Source: Camelus ferus
Taxonomy: Eukaryota
Direction of reading: 5' to 3'
Assembly: GCF_009834535.1 (NCBI RefSeq)
Contig: NC_045696.1
Coordinates: 10,852,001-10,916,000 of the forward strand
DNA: 64,000 nucleotides
Below the pieces are notes generated by a model that was given only the letters and a program-made list of their open reading frames with translations, was not told the origin of the DNA and ran no database searches. This document shows, one piece after another, positions 36,638 through 49,960 of this stretch. Position numbers and translations under genes: made by a program. Each line of letters opens with the position of its first letter. Position 1 is the first letter of the stretch.

Positions 36638-38896
36638 ATTACTAATAGATAATTAACAAGAGAGCTTTTAGGGCTCAGTCCACATGGAAGTTTAAGACTG
36701 AAAAGTTAAGACACTTTGTACAACCAAGTTAACAAAATAATTTTATGCGTGTTGATACAAGGAACCAAGCCAACATTTTTTTTCAAATAAACTGGCTCAT
36801 CATGGTACAAAGAAAATTTTCCCTCACAGAGACACAGCTCACCATTAAAGTGGAATGTAAAGAATCTGTGGTAGTTGTGGTATAAATGTCTAAATTCAGA
36901 GTGCAAAGAAGTTGAAACATTATTGAATTTATGATACCATAATGATAAGAAATAGTTTTATTATGAAATAACAGGATGTCTTGGGATTGATGACTCCAAA
37001 TCACATTTATCACATTTTTCTTTTAATTCTTAACATAGGGTAACTGAAACAACCTGAAATGTCTACATTTGCTTAATTGGTGGGGGATTTGGTCATTCAG
37101 GCTAATTAGTATGAGTCTATAATGTCAGTGTTTAAATTAGGCCAAAACTAAGACCAAAGTATGAATTTTAATAGAAAAATATAGTGACCTCATTACTGAC
37201 ATTGTATTTGAGAGGTAAGATTAAAATAATAGAAAAAGACAAAGAAGGAAAAAAAAGAGGGAAAGAAAAAAATAGTAAGAAGGATATAAGTGAAAAGATT
37301 AATAATAAATATACTGCCATTAGTTACTTAAAATGTAACAAATTGAATTTTAATGGATTTTTATAAATAGAGTATAAAATTAAATGACTTTAGAAATTAT
37401 GAGCATCTTAACGTGTGTATCTTCCATTTGGTGGCTTTTCAGAGTTTCAAAGCCCTATCACATGTTTTAAGTGCTTCTTCTAAGAAATAATTGTGGGTCA
37501 CTGGGATTTAAATCAATAGAAGAAGAAAGCTAATTAAGTTATAAATCAAGCGTGAGGTTGCCAGATTTCTGGGCTGAAATGCATTTCAGGTTGTGGTGGC
37601 AGAGGATAAACAAGGAGCAGAGAAAATCTACAGCCTATACATGGCGGAAAAAGGCATGTGGTGCTCAGCCACAGGGTTGGGAGGACAGCAGGGAGTAGTG
37701 GGGATGGTGGCAAACTGAGAGTGTACATCCCCCCTGAAGGGGCCACAGCAGCTCAGGCCAGCTGAGTGTTGCAAGGGGAGAACACAGTGGGGCCAGATCT
37801 GATCCTTTAGGAGAAGAAGGAATTCCAGGTAATTTGTAAATGTCAGCACACTCTCTCACTTTTTTATTCATTGCTTTAAATAGCACTGTGTGGGTCAAAC
37901 TATGTCAGTGGTCTGCAGCTAATCTGGGGCTAGCCGTTTGATCAGTGATGTGCTGGTGAAAGTTTAACCACCAGCTCTCCCCCAGAAAGTATGTGTGTAT
38001 ATAAATGTCCATGAGTTTATTATAAATTTTACTGATATAAAGGATGTGTAGCACATAATTTACAAATGATAATAAAATATATAATGATCTTTTTTTTATA
38101 AACTCTGTATACAATTAATTCTCAAATAATGCATTAGTTGATTTTTGCCAAATGCTTGTATCCAAAGACAACCTAGGGTTACAATTAATGAGCAAGTATA
38201 ATTCTGGCATAAATGTTGGTGGATATTTTCATTTACGTGAGGAGTAAGAGGAAATTTAAACAATAAAGATGTGTGTGGGAATGTCACTTGCTAGTCAGTG
38301 CTGTAAACAACTACTTAGCTGAATCAAATAATAGTTTTCAAATACTGAAGGAAATCTTCCTCACTTTTGGGGACTACTCACAATGTAAGGGCTACAGACA
38401 TGATATATATTTTAAGTTCAGTTGCATTGTTAACCTTTCTTTTCTATCACACTGAACAAAACAATAAATCAAACCCTGACATGTAGCATTTTTTGAGACA
38501 TTTTTAAGACATGTATTTCTTAGCTTTATCCACTGAGACAGCCAAGAAGCAATGACACTCCTGTAGCAAAGAGCACACCAATATCTACATTTTAGCTTCT
38601 CAAAACCATTTCCCATTAAAACAAACACCACCACAACAAAGAAAATAGAGCCTTAAAGAAAGGACTGATTCCAGGGGGCGAAGGCAGCAAAAAATTTAAG
38701 GTGAGTATGAAACATCTTAATGTGACAGAAAGTAAGAAAAGGTCAATAAATTGATGGGGACATTTTAAAAAATACAGGAGTCAGCTTAGAGGATTCCATT
38801 AGCTACAGAAGGACCACCTGAACATCAGTGCGATCAATTACAGGAGTGATCATAGCATACTGATTTGGAAAAGATTCCATGAGTCAGTACTGTCAC

Positions 38897-39016
38897 AAGG
38901 AAGGAAGGAAGGGAGGAAGGAAGGGAGGAAGGTGAAAAGAAAGAGGGAGGGAGGAAGGAAAGGAAGAGGGAGGGAGGAAGAGAGAAAAAGGAATGAAGTG
39001 GGAATGGGAAGGGAAA
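38897..39016. repeat. Purine-rich (GGAA/GGGA)n low-complexity tract
   Basis: aaggaaggaaggaagggaggaaggaagggaggaagg...; almost purine-only on the plus strand. Confidence 0.85.
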
Positions 39017-39574
39017 GTACTGCTTTTCAGAAGAATGGCAACTAATACATATAGAAGGAATATTAGAAACCAAAATCAGCATTTTGCAAACAACACAGTA
39101 ATGATGAATTTTGAAAAGAATCATTAGTAGATGCTAAAATGATTGGATGAAATATTGTCTAAAAGTATCATGATCCTTCAGATTACTTATTCATTAAAAA
39201 TTGTACCTTTATGATGGAGAAAGGTCCGTAAGTGAGTGACTCAACTTAAGGGAACAAATTGGCATCGCAGGCTGCCTGATGAGAAGGCACTCATTCCTTG
39301 TGTAGTATTTTTCCCGAAAATGTTAAGACTGAATCTAATCCAAACCCAAATTGAGGGACACTCTGCAAAAACAAAAACAACAAACATTCCCCCACTGCAA
39401 AAAAAAAAAAAAAAAAAAAAAAAAGACCTGGCCTGGACTCTTAAAAAATGTCATGGAAGTTTTAAAAAAGGAATGGGCTGTTCTAGAATGAAGGACACTA
39501 AATAGCCATGACAACTAAATGTAACGTGCGATCATCGTTGGACCCTAGTTAGGGGAAAAACCAACAGCTATAAA

Positions 39575-39805
39575 AGGCAGCAGAAGACAGATGTCCCAGC
39601 TCAAGCAAAGAGAGTAAACTTTCACCTTCTTTGCCTTTTTCTTCTATTCAGGCCTTCAAAGGATTGGATGATGCCCATTTGCATTGGTGAGGGTGATCTT
39701 ACTTCTACTGGAGACACTCTCACAGATACACCCAGAAATAATGTTTTGCCAGCTATCTGGCCATCCCTTAGCCCAGTCAAGTTGACACATGAAATTAACT
39801 ATCAC
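39575..39805 (+). mobile_element. ERVL LTR fragment (MLT2D-like)
   Basis: gatgtcccagctcaagc...ggattggatgatgcccatttgcattggtgagggtgatct...gcccagtcaagttgacacatgaaattaactatcaca. Confidence 0.75.
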
Positions 39806-39829
39806 AGACAAAAAAAGGCAAATCCATAG

Positions 39830-41170
39830 AATAAGTAATCACTTTATCTAGTGAGAACAAATTGCGCCCCCTTCATGATAGAAAGGGTCTAGTACAATGA
39901 AACTAGCTGGTCCTCCCAGGGAGTGTTCCATATTGGGGGATCAACACTGCCTCTGCTGCTGACAGGCTGAGCACTAACCAGATCAGAAGTCCATGTTGAA
40001 TCTATCCTTCATCCCTGATACCATGGTTACTTTGTTCACAAGCCCATTGTGTAAGCACTGGCATAGGCAGGGAAAGAGGTAGACTGGTATCTATAGAATG
40101 AGTCATCTCACCCATCTGCTTATTGAGAGCATCCTTTTTGGTGGGAGCACTTCAGAGTATTCACATAGACACAAATACCCCCTTATTCCAAGTCCCCAGT
40201 CATCCACCCCAGCCTTTCTCATTCTGGGTTCTATGAGAGAAGTAAACCATATAGAAAATTATCTGAATGACTATTTTCTCAATTCTCCCAAGATGGAACA
40301 TACTTAGATGCATACAAGATAAGTTAATTTAGTACATCAAATGGATGCCTTTAGGCATTATGGCTAATTCTCTCTAGGAATCCCAGTTGAGAAGTGGTGA
40401 TCAAGCCAAGCCATCAGTTACTATTAATGAGTCAGGATAGACTTGCACTTCTCACCATGTTCTTTCCAGGTAAAGCAGACAACCAGATGAACTGCTCGGT
40501 ATTCTGATACTGGGAGGATTCCCCTTCACCACCTCCCTCATGTCCACTTCTGACTGGGGCTATAATGCTACAGAGCCCACTTTAGATGATGCCAGCACAA
40601 CATGTGGAAATATACGTGTCCTAGACTTGAATTTTTTTCTTCCTTAATCAGTTGGTCATAGGGAATTTCTCAAGAGGTCACAAGTATAGTTCCAGGGACA
40701 GACAGCAATGCATAAAGAGCGAGAGCAGAAAAGCACAGGGAGCAAGTAGGTGTTCTCCCAACTTGCTCGTGTCTCGGAGACTGCTAGCATCCAGTCACCT
40801 ATATACTATGTCCACTCTGTTTTGCTTGCCCAACATTATATTTTTAGTAGATCAGATAACTTCCATTTATTTGGGGCAGCTAAGATCACATGGTCCCTTG
40901 GTGTCCCATGGTTAGGCATTCAGTCTCTGTTAGGACTTACATCAAGCCAGGAGCAATTTCTCAAAAGGAAACAACTCATTTGTCATTTAATTGAATTCCA
41001 CTTCACCTTACTACTTGATCCATATTGGCCACGGACCTAAGAGCATCCTTATTATAAGAGTATTTAAAGCCATAGGGCTTAATTTGGTCCCTAAAAAGAG
41101 AGTGAAAAAGAGGACCCAGGGTCAAACAACAAAGCACCTGAATACTTAGGGATCACTTAGAGGAGATCCA
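39830..41170 (-). mobile_element. Degraded ERVL/MaLR internal sequence
   Basis: ERVL-pol-like antisense text ccatggttactttgttcacaagcccattg, gggattccccttcaccac, tggtcatagggaa; boundaries approximate. Confidence 0.5.
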
Positions 41171-41232
41171 ATAAGGGGGTTGACAAGATTTGTGAAGAAG
41201 GAAATAACATAAGCTTAAGGGTGTTTTTGAAG

Positions 41233-41440
41233 CAATGGTGTTCTGGTAAATATTTAATAACTGGTAAATACTTAATCTCCAGGAAAAAGAGATCTAATCT
41301 GAGGCTTTTGCTGATTTCCATGATGTAAATACTCCCACCATGGCCAATTTCAAGCTACAAGGTGGCATCACTGAACCTGAAGTTGAGAGGAGAGTGGACA
41401 ATTAGCTCTTGTAAGCCAAAAGGGCCAGCTCCAGCACACC
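41233..41440. mobile_element. hAT-type MITE (MER63-like)
   Basis: Inverted termini caatggtgttctgg ... ccagcacacc; internal gatgtaaatactcccaccatggccaatttcaagctac. Confidence 0.55.
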
Positions 41441-41824
41441 CTTCAGAGGAGAGTGTTTCAAGTAGGAGACTGGAGTCAGTTGGGCTGAGGGCTGTATATG
41501 GGTCAAATAAGATGAACACAGAAGAGTCCACTGAATGTGCAAGAGGTAGGTCATTGGTGACTTCCATAACAGGAGTGTTGGTGAAGTAGTGAGGACAGAA
41601 GTCAGATTGGAGAGGTTTGAGGAATGAATGGGACAGGAGGAAGGGCTGGCAGGGAGTGGAGACAAATGTGTGAAGCCTGGCTATGAAGGAGACCAGAGAA
41701 AAGGAGCAGTGGCTGAAAAGAGATGTTAAAAGAAGTTTTAGGACGGAACATACTAAAATAGGTATACATGCTGCTGGGAACGACACAGTGGAAAGTGTTG
41801 ATGAGGCAGAAGACAGGGTGGACA

Positions 41825-42036
41825 GATTTCAAAACTGTAGAATAGATAAACAAGATTACACTGTATAGCACAGGGAAATATACACAAAATGTTATGATAA
41901 CTCACAGAGAAAAAAATGTGACAATGAGTGTGTATATGTCCATGAATGACTGAAAAATTGTGCTGAACACTGGAATTTGACACAACATTGTAAAATGATT
42001 GTAAATCAATAAAAAATGTTAAAAAAAAAAAAAAGA
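41825..42036 (+). mobile_element. Young 5'-truncated L1 3' end with perfect TSD, inserted in an L2 relic
   Basis: TSD AGAAGACAGGGTGGACA at 41808-41824 and 42037-42053; intact A tail; 2 mismatches in 196 nt versus 1385-1580. Confidence 0.88.
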
Positions 42037-45000
42037 AGAAGACAGGGTGGACAAAAGAGAGAAGTCCTTGAGGAAACAGAATCTTGAGAGCAAGTTGCTG
42101 AATTCATCTTTGATAGGAAGAAGGCTACTTTTTTCATTTTCACATTTTCACTTTTTTTCACATTTTCATTTAAGTGGAGGCAAGGGAGACGAGTCCAGAC
42201 ACAAGCAGGTTTGTCCATGTGGCTCTCTCTGATGGTTCTATCTTTTCAGTAAAGAATTATGTAGTTATCAGCTGGGGAGGCATGAAAGGTTAGGGAAGAG
42301 GTATATAGTAATAAGCTCATAGTGTGGGAAAGCAAACTTACCAAGGAGACATTAAAAATACTGCATAGAAATCTCTGCAGATGGCTCTCCCATGAGCTCT
42401 TCATTGCCATATGTTCATACATTTTAAAGTCTCTGTCATTGTTTTACTGGAATGATGGGGAAAGGAACTGATAAAAACACAGTCATTCTCACATCTTTAC
42501 TCAAAGTCTCTTTACTTCTTACTAAAAAATCTTCCCAGCTTCTTCTTAGTCTACCATTTTGTTAGGAGCTATAAGGCTCTTCGTAGGACAGTTTTGTGAA
42601 ATTTGTGTTTTGCTAGAATACACATTTCCTGCAGAATTTCAAATATATTTTGGGTTCCATATAACATTTTCTCATAATTAATTTGGCTCGTCCTCATATC
42701 TGGTTATATCTGAAGTTGTGGGTGATATGTGTGTGTGTTCTGTATTATTAGGCTTCATTTTTCTTTGTAATTCCTATGTTTTTGGTTTTTATTTTATTAT
42801 TTGCTAATTTATTAATTACTATTTTATCTTTGAATAGTCCTACTCCTCAAATTCTTTGAATTGTTTTGCTAGTTTTATTTTTTTGGGTCATTTCTGAGGC
42901 TGAATACTTTATTTTTGTTATTACTTTTATAATTATAAACTTAGTTTAAAGTTACACATTATTCTCTGAGTGCCCCTTCAGCTACGTACCATATATTTTT
43001 ATATGGAAATAAGATTTTTATTAGTTTCTGGAGTTTTCAGATAATGTACATGTATTTTGTCTTCTTTGATTCAGAGATTTAGATGACTATTCATTAATTC
43101 CCAAGTAGTTAAGGCCTTTTTTTTTTTTTAATTAGGAAGGATCTCTCACTTTCTTGAATTTGGTTTGTCATCTAATTTTTTCTCTGGTTGGAGAATGTGC
43201 CCTATAAAATCTCTACTTTGAAGAATTTGTTCAGGTTATTGTTTGTTTGTTTGTTTGTTTTTGTAGCCAGGTTAATGATTGATATTAACAAATAGGTGAT
43301 TAAGTAGTCTGTGCAGAGTACAAAATTCTATCTGTACATTTGAGCTCACCGATTATATTATTAAAATCCCATATTACCGTGCATGTTATTTGACTACTTT
43401 ATCTGTCTAATTCAGACTAAGAAGCATAGTAAAATAATGCATTACAAAAAAAATTACGTATTTAGTGTCCATTTGAAGTTTGTAGTCCATTTAAGGGAAA
43501 ATCAGGAAGGTTAACTAATTAGAGACAGATACAGAGAAGGCCACAGTCTGGCTCAACTATGGCTAGGGTTTTTCTGGGTGAGAACAACAAAGGAAGAGGG
43601 GGAAGGGAGTTGAAGTTGTTGCAAGGAAGTGACTGTAATCTTGTCCCAAAAAATCCAATCTGGATAAGGAGGGGGGAAAGGCAGGAGGAAGAGGATGGGA
43701 GGTGAAAAGTGAAGGGCTCATTGGACTGGAGGTAGAGTCAGTAGACTGAAAGGACGAAAGTGAACTAGAGAAGACTCCCAGTAACTCCCTAGTAATTTGA
43801 GAAGGTCCAGGGTGCAATCATTATGATTATGATAGAAGGCTGACGGAGGAGATCAGGAGGATAGAGAACAAACTCCAAGTAGGTGTTGCACTGGAACGTT
43901 GAAACCACTAAGAATGAATGAGCAAATATTCATAAAACAATTCTGGAAAGAAATGTACCAAAAATGAAGTGTTAAGATTATCAGTGCTTCTTATTTTCTT
44001 CTTTGTATTGTTCTGCATTTCCTAAATTTCTAAAATGTGCAGGTAGTACTTTTATAATTAGAAAAAGATTATTTTTAAAAGTCCACTTAGTTTTTTAAAA
44101 ATTCAAAGCTTGATTTGATACTTCCTTCTATAACCATACTACAGTGTATTTAGTGTACAATTTGCTGCCCTTGAGTAAAACTAAATAACAGAAAAAAGAA
44201 ACATTAACTTCTTTTATACCCAGAAGAGATACTTACAACTCTGTTGTCTTTAATAATGTATCTGCTTTTGATTTTTCCCCCAAGAAGGAAAGACAATACT
44301 GCATGCATGGTATTGAGCTAACAGAGATAAGTATGTTCTTTTAGACAGGATGCACTGCTATTTTTGCTTCTGTAACGGTTGTATAGTTCTTAGATGTATT
44401 CATAAAGTGTGCATTGTGAATGTAATATAAATATCATACCACGGTAATGAATTATACTTTCACACAGTAACACTAGAAGACATAAAATACTAAACCAGAT
44501 AAAATAATTTTCAGCTGCTCCCTATTTTGCATGAAATACTCAAAGAAAAGTTTACAAAAGGAGACATCCTGGAGCTATTAATTGTAATCATCTTGAAGGA
44601 AAATGTTCTGCTCAATCCCAGAAATCTTTCCACATGTACTAATGATAAAGAGATTTAAATGGCCATTGGCACATAGGGAAAAAATGAATCAAGCTGAAAT
44701 TTATATCATTTTATTGTATCTGTGGGTTTTAAGTTATAATATCCTATTGATTTCTTCATAATATTAACTACAATCAGTAATTAATTTTTGTTTTTTTACT
44801 TGTTTTATTATCTATCTCCAGTACCTGATTAAAGACCTAAAAGGAGAAAAAACACATCTGTCTTGTTTATATTCCTATTACCTAGCATCATAGCAGATCA
44901 TAGCAGATGCTAAATAAATTTTGTTGAATGAATGGATGATTGGATGATGATAGAACTACCTGGTCTAAATAGCAGATGTATTTTTAAAATACTGAATAAG

Positions 45001-48000
45001 CTCAATATTTCCATGGAAGTAAATAAAACATTGTTTACTTTTAAGATACTCTAAATTTGGATGGAAAGAAATTTCACTAACTTTCTTTTTGTTGAAGAAA
45101 CTATCATTTCAGAAGATGAAGGAATAGCCATTACAGTTCAATTGCCAGTCCATTCATAAAAGTTGAGTGTTCTCCAGTGGGCATACTAATGTGGCAAAAA
45201 AAATTTATTTTTTAACTTCTAAAAGTCTGAAGCTTTCAAATGTGAATTACACCAATAATAGTAGTTTGCTAGAAAAGATAATCTTACTGAATTAGATACA
45301 ATGGCTAAATGCAGTTTGAGGTAAAGAATTTAGAAATTTTCTAACATTTTTAAGAGGACCATTCACATGCTCTGGAAAGAGGTGCTTGGCTCTCTTTAAT
45401 TGCAAAAGCTACATGCTTGCACGGTAAAGAGCTTTACTCAGTTTAACCCACTGCTTAAATACCACTGAGTATATCTGTATGAATATCTTTAAAAAAAGAA
45501 AAAAAGGAAGAAAGAAAAGCTCCTCTCTGAACAAAAGCTATAGCTGAAGAGTTATTAAACTGGCTAAAATTACCATTACTACGAATTTAAGTAACTCTTG
45601 TTTATTTTGTTAGAACTCATTGGTCCTAGTGTTCTTAGCTCCTAATTAATGGAAATAAACTTGAACTACTTTAAGCAAACACACACACAAACAATAAAAC
45701 ATCATCAACAGCAAAACAAAAAAGAAATTTATTCTAAGGATTTTGGGGTATCGAAGGGAACCCACAGGCAGGAGTGCAGTCCAGCTTTTAAGAAGAATTG
45801 ACAACATGAACCAGTAAAGATATGAGAATCCCATATGCTATTCTTCCTGTCCTCTTCTGCTTTCTAGCACATCTGCTTAATCCTTCTCTCCTGCTGCACA
45901 GACTAGCTTTCTCAGCTCCTAAATTGACATGGTAATTTATGCCTTTCCTTTGGCTTCTGAGTTCATTGCAATTCCAGCCACAAGCAGGGACTCACTGTCT
46001 CTGTTCCAAGTACAAAATCTTGGTAGAACCTGATTGGCCTCCTTTGGATCAGATGCCCATCCTCTGCCTAGTTAGTACACTGTATAACCAGGCTTCCAGC
46101 CTCGCTGGGCTGGGTGCCTTTCTCCCAAAGGACGTAGTTCCCAAAGGCAGAGAGGGCAGTATCTATGACTATTTTAAGAACTAATCTATCCAGTAATTTA
46201 TAACAAATGTCTTCCCATCTTGTTTTGAGAATAAAAGGATACAAGCTGTAGAAAATGTTGATTTATAGCAACATAGGGCAAAACATTTACCACTAACTAA
46301 ACAAACAGATAATGTCCAGGACCATTCAGTTGAGAGATATGTATTGCCTACTGTGTGCCAGGTCGGTACTGTGAAGCTAGCAGTGAACAGAACATAAAAT
46401 GTCCTCCCCCATGAAGCTTACACTTTAAGTTAATGTAGAGCTGCCTTCACCAAGGCAAGGTCTGAAGAAACTTACTTAAATAATTAAATGATTTCAGCTT
46501 TTTCGCCCCCTAGAATAGAATTATTGAGTTATAGTTTTAGAAAGAAAAAAATTCATAGATAAGGGCTTCCTAGACTACTAGATTTTGCCTGCCAAATAAA
46601 AATTTTAGCTAAAATAAACCATTTGGGAGGACTCAACGTTTTCACCACTTTTTAGTTTGCCAAATAAAGGTGTAACAACAAACTAACACTCTACCAGATA
46701 TTATCATCATTCTTTCATATAAAGAAAGAGATTTTAGTATAGTGACATGGAAAGGGAAAGATAATCTCAGAATAAAGGACCTTTTTCCCCCCAAGAAAGG
46801 ACATCTGGCTATTCTATACAAACAGACTGTTCTTCCTCTTCTCATTTGGCAGCTGACTAGGGAAAACTTTTCACAGATTCATAGACCTGCACTGTTCCAG
46901 ACTACAGAGTCTAGTACTGAGTCGGCAAAGAAAACAAACACACTGGTTTGCCTATTGTGTCTGAATATATGAGTCAATTAATGTGAAGTCATAATTTTTC
47001 GGTGAAAAAAACTAATCAGACTTACTGCTTGGAAGGATGATTTAAAAAAAAAAAACTGAACTAACTGATTGATTCAAACAACATGATAAGATGTAACAGT
47101 TCTATGGAAGCACCTTTGTCTTCCCAGAATATTAAAAACACTCCAATATTACATAGTGATGACATAGCATATTCAATAAACAAATTCATTTAATGCTCAA
47201 AGCACTATAAAATAATTAGTTTTGGATAATATACTGGCTGACAGGCGACTGAAGCAGCCATTCAGTTTCAGGAATTTAATTTCTGCAAGGTCTATAACCT
47301 CTAGAAGGACCTTTGGCAGCAAGATAACTTTTCAGTGTTTAACTTTGCCCTTCAATTATCTGAAGAGGTAGACTGTCAAAGTTATAAATACATGTTGTCT
47401 TTTAATTTGTTGGCTTGCTTTAAAATGAACAGTGTCCTCCTCTCTATTCATAGCCAACCACCAATTTCACAGTGGAGGATCTTTTTGAAGTTTTAGGCCA
47501 AGATATTAATGTATTCTGCTTGGGACCTTATCTTTGTTACCTCTGCCCTAATCATGTTACTGCAGATTTGTGTCTTGGCTCTGGAGTTGGTGTCTAGAGG
47601 CTGATCAGGCACAATTCGAATCTTCTGTGATGGGAACTGGAGTTTAATTTCACCAATGAAACACTCTGTTTGAATCAGAACTTAAATCAATGCTGAACTG
47701 TCAGAATATAAGAACTTAAGAGTGATGAGAGTAGAATGGAAGCCAGATGTTATTAACTTTCCCTACTAACTGGAAAGAAAATGTTACAGAGGATGCTCTC
47801 AGCCTACACCATCTTTCTAGTTTCCAAAAGTGAGTCATGGGTGGGCAGATCTCAAATCCAATCAAAGGAAACCAAAGAGGCGAGGCAGATGTGTATGACA
47901 CAGAGATTCTTGGGTTTAGGATCTGTTGCTTCAACTTGGAACTTAAAGATCAAGTGAAATTTTGACAGGATGGAGAGTACAAATTGTTGCAGCTTCTACA

Positions 48001-48889
48001 AAGAGCAATTCAGAATGAGCACAATTACAAATGAACAGTTTGGATTCAGCAATTTCAAACCTAGGTTCTTCACTAGTGACCATTTTTTGAAGCTTTTCAT
48101 TGCGGCATTGATTATTACAGCAAGACAGGAAAAAACCTTAATACCAATATTTTGGGCTTGGTTAAATTACAGTACAGTCTACCAATGGATCACTATGCAG
48201 CTGGATAAAAGAAACCACACTATGTACAGATATGAACTGACCTTCAATTTATGTTAGATTAAAAATACAGCATTTACATACTGTGTAAAAAAGGTAACTC
48301 ATAAAAATATACATATTTGCTTTTATGTTCGTAGAATATCTCTGGAGGATCATGAGAAACTTTTAACATTGCCACTGAACTGGAAGGCTTCTAGAGGCCT
48401 GTGGGTTTTTTTCACTATATGAATGCGCTTTGTTACCTTCTGAATTTTGAGACATGAAAAGTAATTTGCATATACGCACACAGGTGAAGGAAAAGGCCCT
48501 AGATTTGGTTATACAACGAGAAAGCCTGTGAGTTCAACTTCAGATAAGCGGTTCCTCGCCCTTGCCCGTTAAGATTGTTATCTCTGTGACACGAGTCTGA
48601 AAAGTGTCACAACCATCCCCACCCCTCGAGCTGATTTCTCCTTCCGTTTGTTTCTGAAATCAGCCATGTTTCGGAACTGCCTAGCAAACTTGGCATTCTT
48701 TCAAAAACACTTTTGCTTTCAGTGTAATAAAGGGAAGGGGGCTAAAATACCAGGCCAGGTAACATTTTCTCATAAATAAAATTCAGTGTTTTTGGAAGTG
48801 CTCTGTAGCCATAAAGCTGTAGAAATACTAAGTGTTACTCAAACAGAGTTAATAATAACTATCATTTTACACCTCAGTTTAGAGTCTCA

Positions 48890-49960
48890 AGAAGACCACC
48901 TCACCGTCGGGGCAGCACTTTCGCTCATCAAACCTGGCTGCACCTTCTAGCTCCTCCCCCTTCTCCCGCTCCTCCCCCTTCCCCTCCTCCTCCTCCCCTA
49001 CCTGCCCCTCCCAGCGCTTGGCGGGAGGTTTCCTCGCGTGAACACTCTGCGTAAGCGCGGAAGACGCACTGCAGCACCCTGGGCTGAGGAACGGCAGGGT
49101 TTACTCTTTCCTCTCATCTCTATGATCCTCTTTGTGACCTGTCAGATAGCATTGGAGTCACAGAGTTTCGTGCCAATAGTCTTCCACGCCGGCAGAGGAC
49201 GGTGCAAAAAGCTGACACTCTCGCGAGAGGCGCGGAGATCTCTCCAAGTAGTGAGAGCGGGAGCGCATGCGCACTCAGTGGAGCGCGGTAGCTGGAGGGA
49301 AGACCGGACCCGGCTGGAGCTCCGGAGAGCGCGCGTGCGCCGTCGCGAGCTCGGTGTTGCCGGAGCCGCGGTGTAGGATCGGGTGTGAGACCTCCGTTCG
49401 GGCCACAGGAATGTTCCGAAAGGCCCGGCGAGTGAACGTGCGCAAGCGGAATGACTCGGAGGAGGAGGAGCGAGAGCGTGACGAGGAGCAGGAGCCGCCG
49501 CCGTTGTTGCCGCCACCGGGCACTGGCGAAGAGCCGGGCCCCGGCGGCGGCGACAGGGCCCCCGGGGGGGAGTCGCTGCTGGGCCCGGGGCTGCCACCGC
49601 CTTCCGCGCTGACCCCGGGCCCCGGGATTGAGGCTGGGGGCTGTTTCCCGGGCGGCGCAGAGCCTGGCAACGGGCTGAAGCCGCGCAAGAGACAGCGAGA
49701 GAACAAAGAGGTGCCCCGGGCCAGCCTGCTCAGCTTCCAGGACGAGGACGAAGGTAACTGCGGCGCTTGGACCCACCTCGGGTGCCCACATTCCCTGCAC
49801 TCCCAGCCTCAGCCCCCGGGAACCGATCCCCTTCCCGCCCGACTTGCTGCATAGTTTTCCCCGCCTCCGGCCTTCTGCTCCGGCAGGGAACGCGTTCCCG
49901 CGCCGCCACCAGCCTTTTCTTAACTACCGCCTCCTCTTCACCGTCCTCCCGTGCATTTCT
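48890..49960. promoter_or_regulatory. PAXBP1: CpG-island promoter of PAXBP1
   Basis: Sharp rise in GC and CpG density; TCTCGCGAGA at 49219-49228 (BANP-type palindrome); GCGCATGCGC at 49263-49272 (NRF1); CGGAAG at 49058 (ETS); no TATA box. Confidence 0.9.
49411..49753 (+). CDS. PAXBP1: PAX3/PAX7-binding protein 1 (GCFC1) coding exon 1, 343 nt
   Basis: MFRKARRVNVRKRNDSEEEERERDEEQEPPP...VPRASLLSFQDEDE; donor AAG|GTAACT, phase 1. Confidence 0.96.

Noticed and set aside
38897..39016. GGAA-rich tract as a triplex (H-DNA) or ETS microsatellite enhancer
   Set aside because: The repeat is imperfect and short-unit, common in mammalian DNA, with nothing here indicating function.
43271..43283. HNF1-like motif GTTAATGATTGAT (weaker ones near 21115 and 23084), attractive for a kidney gene
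   Set aside because: It sits in AT-rich repeat relics where such matches arise by chance, far from the putative promoter.
49120..49800. 226-aa and other long minus-strand ORFs over PAXBP1 exon 1
   Set aside because: Expected stop-codon depletion in a GC-rich CpG island antisense to a real exon; low-complexity translation with no recognisable domain.
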